Position numbers and translations under genes: made by a program. This document shows positions 28,553-38,706 of a DNA stretch of 64,000 nucleotides, one piece after another. The DNA is taken from the NCBI GenBank assembly GCA_018400535.1, contig JAGYMQ010000047.1, forward strand, positions 4,997-68,996, given 5' to 3'. Source of the stretch: Candidatus Cloacimonadota bacterium. Its GTDB lineage: Bacteria; Cloacimonadota; Cloacimonadia; Cloacimonadales; TCS61. Each line of letters opens with the position of its first letter. Positions within the stretch are counted from its first letter, which is position 1. The notes under the pieces were generated by a model. That model had not been told where the DNA came from. It saw only the letters and a list, made by a program, of their open reading frames with translations, and did not search any database.

Positions 28553-29709
28553 GAATTTTAATCGTGGAAGATAAACAGGAATCAAGATATCTATTAAAAG
28601 TTTTATTGAAAAAAAACGGTTATGAAGTTGTTGCTGCAAAAAATGGAAAAATTGCTTTGGAGATGATTGATGATAACAGAATCGACTTGATCATTAGCGA
28701 TATTTTGATGCCAGAAATGGATGGATTTAAATTCTGTCAATTGATCAAAAAAGATCAAAGAAAAAAAAATATTCCTTTCGTTTTTTACACGGCCACCTAC
28801 ATTGATCAAAAAGATGAAAAATTCGCAAAAGATCTCGGGGCAGATTTATTTCTCAGAAAACCAATCGAACCAGAAATTTTCCTGAAAAAAATCGAGAGTA
28901 TTGCTTCCAAACTGCAACAAGGAAAATATGTTCCCCAAGAAACAAAGCTGAAAAATAATGGAGAAATCTATCATCTTTATAATGAAAGATTGATCAAAAA
29001 ACTTGAAGACAAGATCAATGAATTGGAAAAGGAGGTCGAAAAACGAACCAAAATCGAGCTAGAATTGCAGAAGACAATTCAAGAAAAAAATACGCTACTT
29101 CAGGAATTATATCATCGCACTAAAAATAATTTGCAAGTGATCTCTTCTATGATGCGTTTGAAATCTTCGTATCTACAAAATAGAGAAATTGAAAAGATTT
29201 TTCACGAAATTGAAAATAAAATTTTGTGTATGGCTCTGGTTCATCAAAAGCTCTATGAATCAAAAAATCTATCACAACTCTCCTTGAAAAAATATTTTCA
29301 AAGTATCACCGAACTTCTGAAAAAAAGTTTGGTCTCCAAACCGCAAAACATCAAGATCCAGATCTGCGGTGACGAGATCGAAGTGCTGATCGATACCGCA
29401 ATGCCGCTGGGAATTGCGCTGAACGAAATTATCACTAATTCCATTAACCATGCTTTCCCTGATCATCAAAAAGGCGAGATAAAGATCAAGCTTCAATTAA
29501 CCAATGATAATGAAATGGTCATCGACATTTCTGACAACGGCATTGGCTTACCCGATAATTTTGATCAAAATAACGATCTGGGATTTGGTTTACAGACCGT
29601 GAAAGATCTCGTAACATATCAATTGCAAGGCAAATTTATGTTGATCCAAGACAAAAGTTTTCATTGTAAAATAATTGTTAAGGAAGGTCTCTATGAACCA
29701 AGAATTTAA
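28549..29709 (+). CDS. Receiver-histidine kinase hybrid (REC + HisKA_2-type H-box + HATPase_c)
   Basis: The ATG at 28549 overlaps the upstream stop (ATGA). Receiver motifs are ILIVEDKQ and LIISDILMPEMDG. The H-box LYHRTKNNLQVISSMMRL is typical of HisKA_2. The ATPase motif is DNGIGLP. Confidence 0.85.
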   Translation: MRILIVEDKQESRYLLKVLLKKNGYEVVAAKNGKIALEMIDDNRIDLIISDILMPEMDGFKFCQLIKKDQRKKNIPFVFYTATYIDQKDEKFAKDLGADLFLRKPIEPEIFLKKIESIASKLQQGKYVPQETKLKNNGEIYHLYNERLIKKLEDKINELEKEVEKRTKIELELQKTIQEKNTLLQELYHRTKNNLQVISSMMRLKSSYLQNREIEKIFHEIENKILCMALVHQKLYESKNLSQLSLKKYFQSITELLKKSLVSKPQNIKIQICGDEIEVLIDTAMPLGIALNEIITNSINHAFPDHQKGEIKIKLQLTNDNEMVIDISDNGIGLPDNFDQNNDLGFGLQTVKDLVTYQLQGKFMLIQDKSFHCKIIVKEGLYEPRI

Positions 29710-30085
29710 AAATATTGCGCGACAACTGAAAATTTTGATCGTTGAAGATGAAATTTTAACAGCAAAAAGCCTATCCAATGATCTGAAAAAATTAGGTGTC
29801 GAAACTCTTGACCCTATTCCAAAAGGCGAAACAGCAGTTGAGATTGCTTTAAAAGAAAAACCTGACTTGATCCTGATGGACATCCGACTGGCAGGGAAAA
29901 TGGATGGCATCGAAGCAGCTCGGATCATAAAAGAAAAAGCAAAAATACCAATCCTGTTCATGACGGGATATGCGACCGATCACATCAAAGTGAAAACACA
30001 AGGTGTAGATTGCATAGAATTTTTGGAAAAACCGATTACAGTTTCACAACTGCGACCGATCATCGAAGATTTTTTGGGATTCTAA
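29693..30085 (+). CDS. Stand-alone CheY-like receiver protein
   Basis: The ATG at 29693 overlaps the end of the previous gene. Motifs are ILIVEDEILTA, LILMDIRLAGKMDG and FMTGYA. Confidence 0.85.
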   Translation: MNQEFKNIARQLKILIVEDEILTAKSLSNDLKKLGVETLDPIPKGETAVEIALKEKPDLILMDIRLAGKMDGIEAARIIKEKAKIPILFMTGYATDHIKVKTQGVDCIEFLEKPITVSQLRPIIEDFLGF

Positions 30086-30254
30086 AAAAATTCTCGCTAA
30101 ATTTGTTTCTTTCTAAAAATATTATATATAAACATCTTGCTAATTTACCTGCTCAGGTTTTTCCAAAAAAAGCTTGTCCAAATAGCACTGTTTTAAGTTA
30201 TTGCACAATCAAAAATATCGAACAAAGAAATTTTATAAATCATTGGAGGATATT

Positions 30255-32039
30255 ATGTTTGAAGGCATGAGAAAACATGCTCCGTGGATCATTATCGTGA
30301 TCGCAGCTGTTTTTATTATTTCGATGACTATTCGTGGCGTCACCAGCATTTTTATCGAAAAGGAATACGTTGGAATTATTGGCGGTAAAAAGATCACACC
30401 TCAAGAATATAGTGATATTTTGGAACAAACTTTCGCAAATCATTATCAAGCAAATCCAGAACAGGAAATTGATGATGCTACCGCAAAAAGATTGAATGAT
30501 CAAACGTGGGATCAATTAGTGCAACAGATCCTTTTTGATCGTGAATTGAAAAAACGTGGGATCAAAGTTCGCGATCAAGATATCGTCGAAAAATTGAAAA
30601 ATCCTGGCGAAGATGTGCGTGAAATCGAACAATTACAAACAGATGGCAAATTCGATTACAACAAATATGAATCCATCTTAATGGATAATGCCGAATTTGC
30701 AAATTGGATGGAAATGAGAATTCGTAGCACTCTGCCCTATGAAAAATTATATGAACACGTCAAAGCCGAAGTAACCGTCACGGAAGAAGAAGTGAGACAG
30801 CAATACATCGATGAAAACGACAAAGCCTCAGCCCGCATCATCTTCTTCGATCCAAAAAAAATGACTTATACAGTTACCGACGAAGATATGCAAGAATACT
30901 ATGAAGATCATAAAGAAGATTATAAAAGAGGACCATCTCGTAAATTCAAATATGTAAATATTCCATTAGAACCAAGCGAAGAAGATAAAGCGCTGGCAAA
31001 AACAAGAATAGATTCAATTTATAATTATATCACAGAAAATAAAATCGATTTTGCCGAAGCAGCCCGTGAACTATCAGAAGGTCCAAGTGCAGATAAAGGC
31101 GGAGATCTGGGTTATTTCACCAAAGAAAGAATGGTGCCAGAATTTTCCGAAGCTGCTTTTAATTTAGAAATTGGTAAGATCAGTGAACCAGTCTTGTCTC
31201 AGTTCGGCTGGCACATTATAAAAGTTTTTGATAAAAATACGAATTCAGAAGGCCAAGAACAGGTGAAAGCAAGCCACATTTTGATCAATACTGAAGCTTC
31301 CGAAAAAACAAAAGAAAATCATATCATACGTGCAAATGATCTGTATGAACAAGCGAAAGAAGAAGGTTTGGAAAAGATCGCCAAAGACCTTGCCTATCAA
31401 GTACGCGAGACCAGAGAATTTGAAGAAGATGCAAAATTCATTCCTGGCATCGGCTCACAAGAAGAAATGGTCAAATTCGCTTTTTCTCATGACGTCGGTG
31501 ACGTAGCAGAACCCATCAAAGGACGTGGGGACGATTTTATCATCGCCGAAATTTCTTACAAAGTTGGTGATCATTACCTGGATTATGAATCTCAAAAAAA
31601 TACGATCCGCCGCAAAGTGAAAGAAGAAAAAACCACACAACTCGCCATCGAAAAGGGAAAAGAATTTTATCAACAGCATGATCCTGCTGAATTCTTTGCC
31701 GCTGCCGAAAAAGATGAAGAGCTTCAGATCATCGAAGCGGAAGAGATAACAATCGATAAAACTATTACCGGACTGCGTAAAAGTGAAATCCTGAATGAAA
31801 CGATCCTGGCACACAAAAAAGATGAATACACTGAACTTATCAAAGATTCCAATGGCGCTTATATTGCTCACATCACAGCAAGAACAGAACCCGATATGGA
31901 AAAATTTGAAGCACAAAAAGAACAGCTGATCACGAAAGAGCAGGAAAAAGCAGAAAACGAACATTTGAACGAATGGTACCGAGACCTGAAAGAAAGTGCT
32001 GAGATCGTGGATAATCGCAAAGATTATTACTCATTATAA
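30255..32039 (+). CDS. ppiD: Membrane-anchored peptidyl-prolyl isomerase / periplasmic chaperone (PpiD-like, parvulin domain)
   Basis: The ATG at 30255 follows GGAGG. N-terminal TM is PWIIIVIAAVFIISM. The parvulin motif is GGDLGYFTKERMVPEFSEAAFNLEIGKISEPVLSQFGWHIIKV. Confidence 0.8.
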   Translation: MFEGMRKHAPWIIIVIAAVFIISMTIRGVTSIFIEKEYVGIIGGKKITPQEYSDILEQTFANHYQANPEQEIDDATAKRLNDQTWDQLVQQILFDRELKKRGIKVRDQDIVEKLKNPGEDVREIEQLQTDGKFDYNKYESILMDNAEFANWMEMRIRSTLPYEKLYEHVKAEVTVTEEEVRQQYIDENDKASARIIFFDPKKMTYTVTDEDMQEYYEDHKEDYKRGPSRKFKYVNIPLEPSEEDKALAKTRIDSIYNYITENKIDFAEAARELSEGPSADKGGDLGYFTKERMVPEFSEAAFNLEIGKISEPVLSQFGWHIIKVFDKNTNSEGQEQVKASHILINTEASEKTKENHIIRANDLYEQAKEEGLEKIAKDLAYQVRETREFEEDAKFIPGIGSQEEMVKFAFSHDVGDVAEPIKGRGDDFIIAEISYKVGDHYLDYESQKNTIRRKVKEEKTTQLAIEKGKEFYQQHDPAEFFAAAEKDEELQIIEAEEITIDKTITGLRKSEILNETILAHKKDEYTELIKDSNGAYIAHITARTEPDMEKFEAQKEQLITKEQEKAENEHLNEWYRDLKESAEIVDNRKDYYSL

Positions 32040-32060
32040 GATGTCGTGAGATTTAAGTTG

Positions 32061-32097
32061 AAAACGGACTGGAAGATATCCTGTCCGTTTTCTATTT
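32061..32097 (+). terminator. Rho-independent terminator after the ppiD-like gene
   Basis: Stem AAAACGGAC / GTCCGTTTT around a 13-nt loop, followed by TTTTCTATTT. Confidence 0.7.
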
Positions 32098-32108
32098 AGA
32101 GGTCAAAT

Positions 32109-33407
32109 ATGGACCAGAATTTATTTGCTTTTTTAAATTTTCCTGAAATTTTTAGCGTTGCCAAAACTTGGATGATCGCGAATATATTCATCCGCGATAG
32201 TTTATATCAGATCGGGATCATTATAATTCTCTATTTCTTTTCCTATTTACTCAGTTCGATCCTGAAAAAGAATAGATACATCTCAAGCTGGAAAATCTCT
32301 TTCCCGATCACTAAAGTTTTTCTACCTTTCATCTTTTTGATCTTTATCTCGATCGCAAATTATCTTGTTGGTAAGTTCGGCTGGAAAAATCCACTCTTGA
32401 ATATCACGAACAACCTTGTTCTAGCTTTCCTTGTGATCAAGATCTTTTCCCATTTCTTCCAAAAAAATATCTGGTTCAAATTTTTCAGAACAATCCTCTG
32501 GATCATCATCATTCTGAATATTTTTCATTTATTAGATGATCTCACAACTTTTTTGGAAACTATTCGTTTTAGTTATGGTGAAAATGAATTGACACTACTT
32601 TTGCTGTTCAAAGGCATCATTATACTGTTTATTGCGATTTGGTCAGCGCTTAGAATTGCAAACTTTTTGCAAAAAAAGATCGATCAAAGCAAGGATTTAA
32701 ATCCCTCGCTAAAAGTACTGCTAAATAAATCTTTGAAAATTATTCTGCTCTTTATCGCTGCCCTATTTGGCTTAAATGTTATCGGAGTGAAGCTGACAAC
32801 TTTCGCAGTTTTGGGCGGTGCAATCGGCGTCGGGATCGGTTTTGGATTGCAAAAGATCGTATCCAATTACACCAGCGGATTCATCTTACTTCTTGATAAA
32901 TCGATCAAGCCGGGTGATGTGATCGAGATCGATGATACTTTTGGCAATGTGAAATCGATGAGTGCAAGATATATCACGCTATCCACGATCGAAGGAAAAG
33001 AACATCTCATTCCCAATGAAAATTTGATAACACAAAAAGTTATCAATTGGTCTCACACTGATCGGATGATCCGTCTGAAAATTCTGGTGGGAGTTTCCTA
33101 CGACACCGATATTCCCAAAGCAATGCAACTTATGAAAGAAGCAGCATTACAGAATCAACGCATCATCAGAAAAAATGAAATTAGTGTTTTTTTGACCGAG
33201 TTCAATTCAAGTTCTATCGATCTGGAAGTTCGTTTCTGGATACAAGACCCTGAAAAGGGATTGGCCAATATTCAAAGTAATGTCAGGCTGGATATCTGGA
33301 AAAAATTCAAAGATCATAATATCGAGATTCCTTTCCCACAAAACGATGTTTATATCAAATCTATGCCTGAAAAAAAGCGAGAAAATGATGATCTATCTCG
33401 ATTATAA
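32109..33407 (+). CDS. Mechanosensitive ion channel (MscS family)
   Basis: 432 aa. Multiple N-terminal TM helices. The conserved MscS core is SNYTSGFILLLDKSIKPGDVIEIDDTFGNVKSMSARYITLSTIEGKEHLIPNENL. Confidence 0.85.
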   Translation: MDQNLFAFLNFPEIFSVAKTWMIANIFIRDSLYQIGIIIILYFFSYLLSSILKKNRYISSWKISFPITKVFLPFIFLIFISIANYLVGKFGWKNPLLNITNNLVLAFLVIKIFSHFFQKNIWFKFFRTILWIIIILNIFHLLDDLTTFLETIRFSYGENELTLLLLFKGIIILFIAIWSALRIANFLQKKIDQSKDLNPSLKVLLNKSLKIILLFIAALFGLNVIGVKLTTFAVLGGAIGVGIGFGLQKIVSNYTSGFILLLDKSIKPGDVIEIDDTFGNVKSMSARYITLSTIEGKEHLIPNENLITQKVINWSHTDRMIRLKILVGVSYDTDIPKAMQLMKEAALQNQRIIRKNEISVFLTEFNSSSIDLEVRFWIQDPEKGLANIQSNVRLDIWKKFKDHNIEIPFPQNDVYIKSMPEKKRENDDLSRL

Positions 33408-34509
33408 TGCGACCACACCCATCGATCCTGAAGTGCGCAAAGCGATGCTACCTTATTTGAGGGAAAAATTTGGTAATCCATCCAGCTCTCATCTTTTTGG
33501 AATTGATGCGAAACGAGCTTTGGAAAAAGCCAGAAGCCAGGTTGCAGCTTTGATCAATTGTCAACCAGAAGAAATTATTTTCACCAGTGGCGGTACTGAA
33601 TCAAACAATCTTGCTCTGCGCGGATATGCAGCCAAATTTAATCCTCCAAAAAGTCACATTATCACCTCGCAGATCGAACATCCTGCTATTTTGGAAGTTT
33701 GTAAATATTTAGAGAAAAAGGGATTTTTTGTCACCTATCTTCCAGTTAACCAATTTGGTGAAATAAATTTATCTGATCTGAAAAGAGAAATTCGAGCAGA
33801 AACGAGCTTGATCTCGATCATGCATTCCAATAACGAGATCGGTACATTGCAACCGATCAAAGAAGCCAGTGCTATTGCTCATAAAAATGGTATCTGTTTT
33901 CACTCTGATGCAGCTCAATCGATCAGCAAAGTTCCTGTAAACGTTGCAGATCTGGGAGTTGATCTACTCTCGATCGCCGGTCACAAACTTTATGCACCAA
34001 AAGGGATTGGAGCACTTTTTATCAAGCAAGGAACAAAATTAGACAAAATTATTTTTGGGGCCGAACAAGAAAAAGGACTGAGTCCTGGAACTGAAAATAT
34101 CGTTGGGATCGTTGGCTTAGGAAAAGCCTGTGAGATTGCAAAGCGAGATCTTAAACTTTCGTCTAAAAAAATGCGATCAACGAGAGACAAATTATTTAAA
34201 AATTTGCATAAAATTGCTCCTGATCTGCATTTGAATGGTCATCCAATCAAACGTCTCCCAAATACGTTGAACGTCAGCTTCCCGGATAAAGATGAATTCT
34301 TTCAATATTCCTTGTTTTCCGAAATCGCTTGTTCAGCTGGAGCAGCATGTCATTCTGATGAAGTTTCAGTTTCTCATGTTCTGCAGGCGATCGATCTTCA
34401 TGAAAAATATCAGGAAGGAACAATTAGATTTTCCACCGGAAAATTTACTACTGAAGAAGAAATTAAAGAAGCAAAAAAGATTATCAATAACATTCTGCAA
34501 AATTTCTAA
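33385..34509 (+). CDS. Cysteine desulfurase (NifS/IscS-type, class V aminotransferase)
   Basis: The start MMIYLDYNATTP at 33385 overlaps the mscS end. The PLP-lysine region is SIAGHKLYAPKGIGALF. The active-site Cys region is SAGAACHS. Confidence 0.88.
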   Translation: MMIYLDYNATTPIDPEVRKAMLPYLREKFGNPSSSHLFGIDAKRALEKARSQVAALINCQPEEIIFTSGGTESNNLALRGYAAKFNPPKSHIITSQIEHPAILEVCKYLEKKGFFVTYLPVNQFGEINLSDLKREIRAETSLISIMHSNNEIGTLQPIKEASAIAHKNGICFHSDAAQSISKVPVNVADLGVDLLSIAGHKLYAPKGIGALFIKQGTKLDKIIFGAEQEKGLSPGTENIVGIVGLGKACEIAKRDLKLSSKKMRSTRDKLFKNLHKIAPDLHLNGHPIKRLPNTLNVSFPDKDEFFQYSLFSEIACSAGAACHSDEVSVSHVLQAIDLHEKYQEGTIRFSTGKFTTEEEIKEAKKIINNILQNF

Positions 34510-34578
34510 TTTTTTATCTTATAATCAGCAAAAAACAAGATTTTACTACATTTAAAAGATATTATCCCAGCCCGAAAT

Positions 34579-34606
34579 TTGACAAATCAAAATTAGTGAT
34601 TATATT
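34579..34606 (+). promoter_or_regulatory. Sigma-70-type promoter candidate for the glutaredoxin-like gene
   Basis: TTGACA (34579-34584), a 16-nt spacer, then TATATT (34601-34606), 30 nt upstream of the ATG at 34636. Confidence 0.5.
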
Positions 34607-34635
34607 AAATAAAAAATTTCCAAGAGGTGATAAAA

Positions 34636-34872
34636 ATGAAAAGAGTTGTCGTATTTAGCACTCCAACCTGTTCATGGTGTAGAAAATTAAAAAGCTATTT
34701 AAAAGAAAATAAGATCAGATTTAAAGATGTTGATGTTTCCAGAGATCAAAATGCAGCGCGAGATATGATCCGCAAGACGGGACAGCAAGGCGTTCCTCAG
34801 ATGTGGATCAATAATTATCCGATCGTTGGTTTTGATAAGAACAAGATAGATCGTATGTTAGGGATTAGATAA
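34636..34872 (+). CDS. Glutaredoxin-like small thiol-disulfide protein (YruB-like)
   Basis: The ATG at 34636 follows AGAGGTG. The CxxC motif is in STPTCSWCRKLKSYL. GVPQMWINNYPIVGFD matches the glutaredoxin fold pattern. Confidence 0.8.
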   Translation: MKRVVVFSTPTCSWCRKLKSYLKENKIRFKDVDVSRDQNAARDMIRKTGQQGVPQMWINNYPIVGFDKNKIDRMLGIR

Positions 34873-34918
34873 AATATTGCTCTCAAAAACGCAGATTTTA
34901 TAGATTAAAGAATTCAGG

Positions 34919-34966
34919 AAATCGATCATTTTGCTATCAATTAGGATTATGATCGATTTTTCTTTT
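34919..34966 (+). terminator. Rho-independent terminator candidate
   Basis: Perfect 11-bp inverted repeat AAATCGATCAT / ATGATCGATTT (34919-34929 and 34949-34959) followed by a T-rich run. Confidence 0.6.
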
Positions 34967-35094
34967 TGAGAAAGAATTCTCAAAATAATCGATAAATGAA
35001 TTGACATTAAATAACAATTTTCAAAAAGATACACTATCTATCGTAAAGTCTATAATGATGTTAGAAAAGTAAATTAAGTAGAAAAGGAGAGATT

Positions 35095-35550
35095 ATGAAC
35101 AAAGGTCTGAATGAAATTTGTAAAATGAAAAAAGAAGTCATTTCCATTGATCCTGAAGCAACGATACAAAAAGCTGTCGAAAGCATGAACAAAGAAAAGA
35201 TCGGAGCTTTGATCGTTATGAAAGGAGAATGCATCAGCGGGATCGTTACAGAAAGGGATGTTTTGTATAAATTAGCAAATACTGATATCAACGAAGATAT
35301 CCATGATGTTAAGATCAACACAATTATGACTCCGTTCAAAAAATTGATCGTTGGACATGCTGATGATACTCTGGAATATTTGATGAAAGTGATGACAGAA
35401 AAGCACATTCGTCATATTCCCATCGTAGATAAGAAATGTAAATTGGTTTGTTTAGCGTCGATCAGAGATATTGTCAGATTTCTTTTAAAAGATACAGAAA
35501 TGACTGTGAAATACCTTTCTGATTATGTTCAAGGAAATTATCCTGGATAA
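35095..35550 (+). CDS. CBS-pair domain protein
   Basis: 151 aa. AAGGAGAG lies upstream. Two CBS-like segments: IGALIVMKGECISGIVTERDV and IRHIPIVDKKCKLVCLASIRDI. Confidence 0.8.
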   Translation: MNKGLNEICKMKKEVISIDPEATIQKAVESMNKEKIGALIVMKGECISGIVTERDVLYKLANTDINEDIHDVKINTIMTPFKKLIVGHADDTLEYLMKVMTEKHIRHIPIVDKKCKLVCLASIRDIVRFLLKDTEMTVKYLSDYVQGNYPG

Positions 35551-35563
35551 ATTTCTATCTTTT

Positions 35564-35598
35564 AAAAAAGCTCTGTTCATAATGGATAGAGCTTTTTT
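35564..35598 (+). terminator. Rho-independent terminator after the CBS gene
   Basis: Stem AAAAAGCTCT / AGAGCTTTTT with a 13-nt loop and a T-run. Confidence 0.7.
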
Positions 35599-35775
35599 AT
35601 TTGTTTTTTGAACTTTTTCTAATGAACATTTTTTGTGAATAATAAAAAAATTCTCTAAATCGAATTCAGAAAAAAATATTTTTCTCAGTTTCTATTCATC
35701 TTTTTCTGGAAATTGATAATTGATTCGATTTATAACAGCTCATTTATTTCAAGACTGATCAATCAATAAAATCCT

Positions 35776-36741
35776 TTAGCCAACAACACCCGCATTGATC
35801 AGATCATGCATATGCAACATCCCGATCGGTTTCTGTTTTTCATCAACCACGGGCAGCATCGTGATCTTGTTTTCTTCCATCAAATTGAGAGCATCAACGG
35901 CTAATTGATCTAATGTAGTAGCTTTTGGTGCTTTCGTCATTGCTTTTGTCACAATAATATTAAGATCGGTATAACCTGATGCCAGAAATCGGCGCAGATC
36001 GCCATCCGTCACAATTCCCACCAAAATTCCTGTTTCATCGATCACGTTTGTGCAGCCCAAACCTTTTGTCGTCATTTCCAGAATTACTTCATCCATCTTT
36101 GCTGAAATTTTTACCAGCGGATTATCATCACCTGTGTGCATCAAATCTTTAACTTTGTAAAGCATTCTTTTCCCGATAGTTCCGCCAGGATGAAAACGAG
36201 CAAAATCAGCTTGTTGGAAATTTCGTTTTTTTAGTAGAGCGACAGCAATCGCATCTCCGACAGCAAGTGCAACTGTCGTGCTGGCAGTTGGTACTAATCC
36301 AAAAGGTTCAAGTTTTTTTGGGATTTTGCAATCAATGATAACATCGCTATTTTTTGCCAGTTCCGAATTTAAATTTCCGGTCAGGGCAATAATTGGAATT
36401 TGCTGGAATTTGAGATAGGGCACAATAGAGAGCAATTCTGATGTATTCCCGCTGTAAGATACTGCCATTACGATATCATTTTGATCGATTACTCCGAGAT
36501 CGCCGTGAACACCTTCGGCAGCATGTAGGAAAATCGCTGTCGTTCCAGTGCTGGCAAATGTCGAAGCGATCTTACGCGCAATGATACCAGTTTTGCCCAT
36601 CCCGGTAACGATCACCTTTCCCTTGCATTTATAGAGCAGATCGACAGCATTTCCCACATTCTGGTCGATCTTTTCTGCCACTTGTGTGATCGCTGCTGCT
36701 TCTTGCTGCAATTCATTTCTGATAAATTCCACAACGTTCAT
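35776..36741 (-). CDS. kdsD: Arabinose-5-phosphate isomerase (KpsF/GutQ/KdsD family; SIS + 2 CBS)
   Basis: 321 aa. The SIS motif is VIVTGMGKTGIIARKIASTFASTGT. A C-terminal CBS pair is present. Confidence 0.85.
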   Translation of the reverse strand: MNVVEFIRNELQQEAAAITQVAEKIDQNVGNAVDLLYKCKGKVIVTGMGKTGIIARKIASTFASTGTTAIFLHAAEGVHGDLGVIDQNDIVMAVSYSGNTSELLSIVPYLKFQQIPIIALTGNLNSELAKNSDVIIDCKIPKKLEPFGLVPTASTTVALAVGDAIAVALLKKRNFQQADFARFHPGGTIGKRMLYKVKDLMHTGDDNPLVKISAKMDEVILEMTTKGLGCTNVIDETGILVGIVTDGDLRRFLASGYTDLNIIVTKAMTKAPKATTLDQLAVDALNLMEENKITMLPVVDEKQKPIGMLHMHDLINAGVVG

Positions 36742-36781
36742 CGATTCTCCTCAACAAATTCCGATCAAAGAAACTGCTTTT

Positions 36782-38698
36782 TCACACTTTGTTTTCTATC
36801 TGTTTTTTTATTCGAGCAATCATTTCTTCCAAGCCGAAACTTCCGAGATCGCCCTGCTGATGTTTTCTCACGGAAACTGTTTTGGCTTCCACTTCCTTTT
36901 GTCCCACGATGAACATATAAGGAATTTTCATCATTTCTGCTTCTCTGATCTTGTAACCTATCTTTTCATTTTTCAGATCAACTTTGCTGCGAATTTCATT
37001 AGCGAGCAAACTGGCATTTATTTTTTTCGCATGATCGAGGTATTGATCGGAAATGGGCAGAACTTTTACTTGAACAGGACAGAGCCAGAGCGGAAAATTG
37101 CCAGCATGATATTCGATCAAAGTTCCGAAAAATCTTTCCACCGAGCCCAAAAGCGCTCGATGCACCATAAAAGGTCGATGCGAATTATTGTCTTCGCCGA
37201 TATATTCCATGCCAAAACGTGCTGGCAGATTGAAATCAAATTGGATCGTCGAACATTGCCACGAGCGATTGAGAGCATCTTTGATCTTGATATCAATTTT
37301 CGGACCGTAAAAAGCTCCACCACCTTCATCCAATTCAAAATCGATCTGATTCTTTTGCAAAGCCTTTTCTAAAGATCGAGAAGCTTTTTCCCAATCGTCT
37401 CTTTCGCCAACTGCTTTTTCTGGCATCGTAGAAAGAAATATCTCAAATTTTTCAAAACCAAAAGCCTTCAGCATATCGAGTGAGAAAAGCAAAGTTTTTT
37501 CGATCTCTTCATCAAGCTGTTCTGGAGTGCAAATGATATGCGCATCGTCTTGCGTGAACCCACGAACTCTCATCAAACCGTGCAATGCGCCAGATTTTTC
37601 ATAACGATAAACAGTTCCCATTTCAGCGTATTTGATAGGTAATTCGCGATAACTACGTTTTTGCGATTGATAGATTGCAATATGGAAAGGACAATTCATC
37701 GGTTTTAGATAATATTTTTTTTCGTCCACATCGATCGAACTATACATACTTTCGTCATAAAAGCCGAGATGACCGCTGGTTTTCCACAATTCTGCTTTGC
37801 CAATATGCGGAGTGGCAACCAATTCATAGCCTTCTTTAAAATGCCGTTTTTTCCAATAATCTTCGATGATAGAGCGCATCAGCGCACCATTTGGATGCCA
37901 AAGTACCAAACCCGGGCCAATTTCATCTGAAATCGAATAGATATCGAGTTCTTTACCGATCTTGCGATGATCTCGTTTTTTTGCTTCTTCAAGATCGTGA
38001 AGATATTTTTTCAGCATTTTTTTGGAGGGAAAAGTGATGCCATAGATTCTTTGTAACATTTTATTTTTCTCATCACCACGCCAATAAGCCCCCGAAGTCT
38101 TCAATAATTTTATCGCTTTGATCTTACTCGTCGTGGGCAGATGCGGTCCACGACAGAGATCAACAAAATCTCCTTGTGTATAAAAAGAAATTTCTTCATC
38201 TGCGGACATATCTTGCAAAAGTTCCACCTTGTAATTCTCGTCCATTTTTTCAAATTTTTGAATTGCTTCTGCTTTGGAAATGCTGTGTCGAATATATTTT
38301 TCATCCTGTTTTGCTAATTCTTTCATACGTTGTTCAATCTTTTCCAGATCAGCATCGGTAAAGGGAACTTCTTTATCAAAATCGTAATAAAAGCCATTTT
38401 CGATGGCCGGCCCGATCGCAACTTTTACTTCTGGGAAAAGCTGTTTCACTGCTTGCGCCATCAAATGCGCCGAACTATGCCAGTAAACATTCTTTCCTTC
38501 AGGACTATCAAATTTGAATAATTTTATCTTCGCATCTTCTTTGATTTGATGATCCAAATCGACTAATTTCTCGTTGATGCTGGCGGTAACAATTTCCTTC
38601 GCCAAGCCATGACTGATGCTCTCGGCAATATCCATTACAGTTGAATTTTTTGGATAGGCTTTTCTGGAGCCATCAGGAAATTCTATCATTATTTCCAT
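36782..38698 (-). CDS. thrS: Threonyl-tRNA synthetase
   Basis: 638 aa. It has an N-terminal TGS-like domain, a class II core (FRGFTQDDAHIIC, HRPFMVHRALLGSVERF) and a C-terminal anticodon-binding domain. Confidence 0.93.
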   Translation of the reverse strand: MEIMIEFPDGSRKAYPKNSTVMDIAESISHGLAKEIVTASINEKLVDLDHQIKEDAKIKLFKFDSPEGKNVYWHSSAHLMAQAVKQLFPEVKVAIGPAIENGFYYDFDKEVPFTDADLEKIEQRMKELAKQDEKYIRHSISKAEAIQKFEKMDENYKVELLQDMSADEEISFYTQGDFVDLCRGPHLPTTSKIKAIKLLKTSGAYWRGDEKNKMLQRIYGITFPSKKMLKKYLHDLEEAKKRDHRKIGKELDIYSISDEIGPGLVLWHPNGALMRSIIEDYWKKRHFKEGYELVATPHIGKAELWKTSGHLGFYDESMYSSIDVDEKKYYLKPMNCPFHIAIYQSQKRSYRELPIKYAEMGTVYRYEKSGALHGLMRVRGFTQDDAHIICTPEQLDEEIEKTLLFSLDMLKAFGFEKFEIFLSTMPEKAVGERDDWEKASRSLEKALQKNQIDFELDEGGGAFYGPKIDIKIKDALNRSWQCSTIQFDFNLPARFGMEYIGEDNNSHRPFMVHRALLGSVERFFGTLIEYHAGNFPLWLCPVQVKVLPISDQYLDHAKKINASLLANEIRSKVDLKNEKIGYKIREAEMMKIPYMFIVGQKEVEAKTVSVRKHQQGDLGSFGLEEMIARIKKQIENKV

Positions 38699-38706
38699 TT
38701 TTTCCT

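Noticed and set aside
31455-31964. 169-aa minus-strand ORF.
   Set aside because: It is antisense to the ppiD-like gene, whose E/K-rich sense sequence gives an F/L-rich stop-free antisense frame. It has no SD sequence.
36686-37372. 228-aa plus-strand ORF.
   Set aside because: It lies entirely antisense to the well-supported thrS gene. Its composition is F/S/I/L-rich and it has no SD sequence, so it is a shadow ORF.
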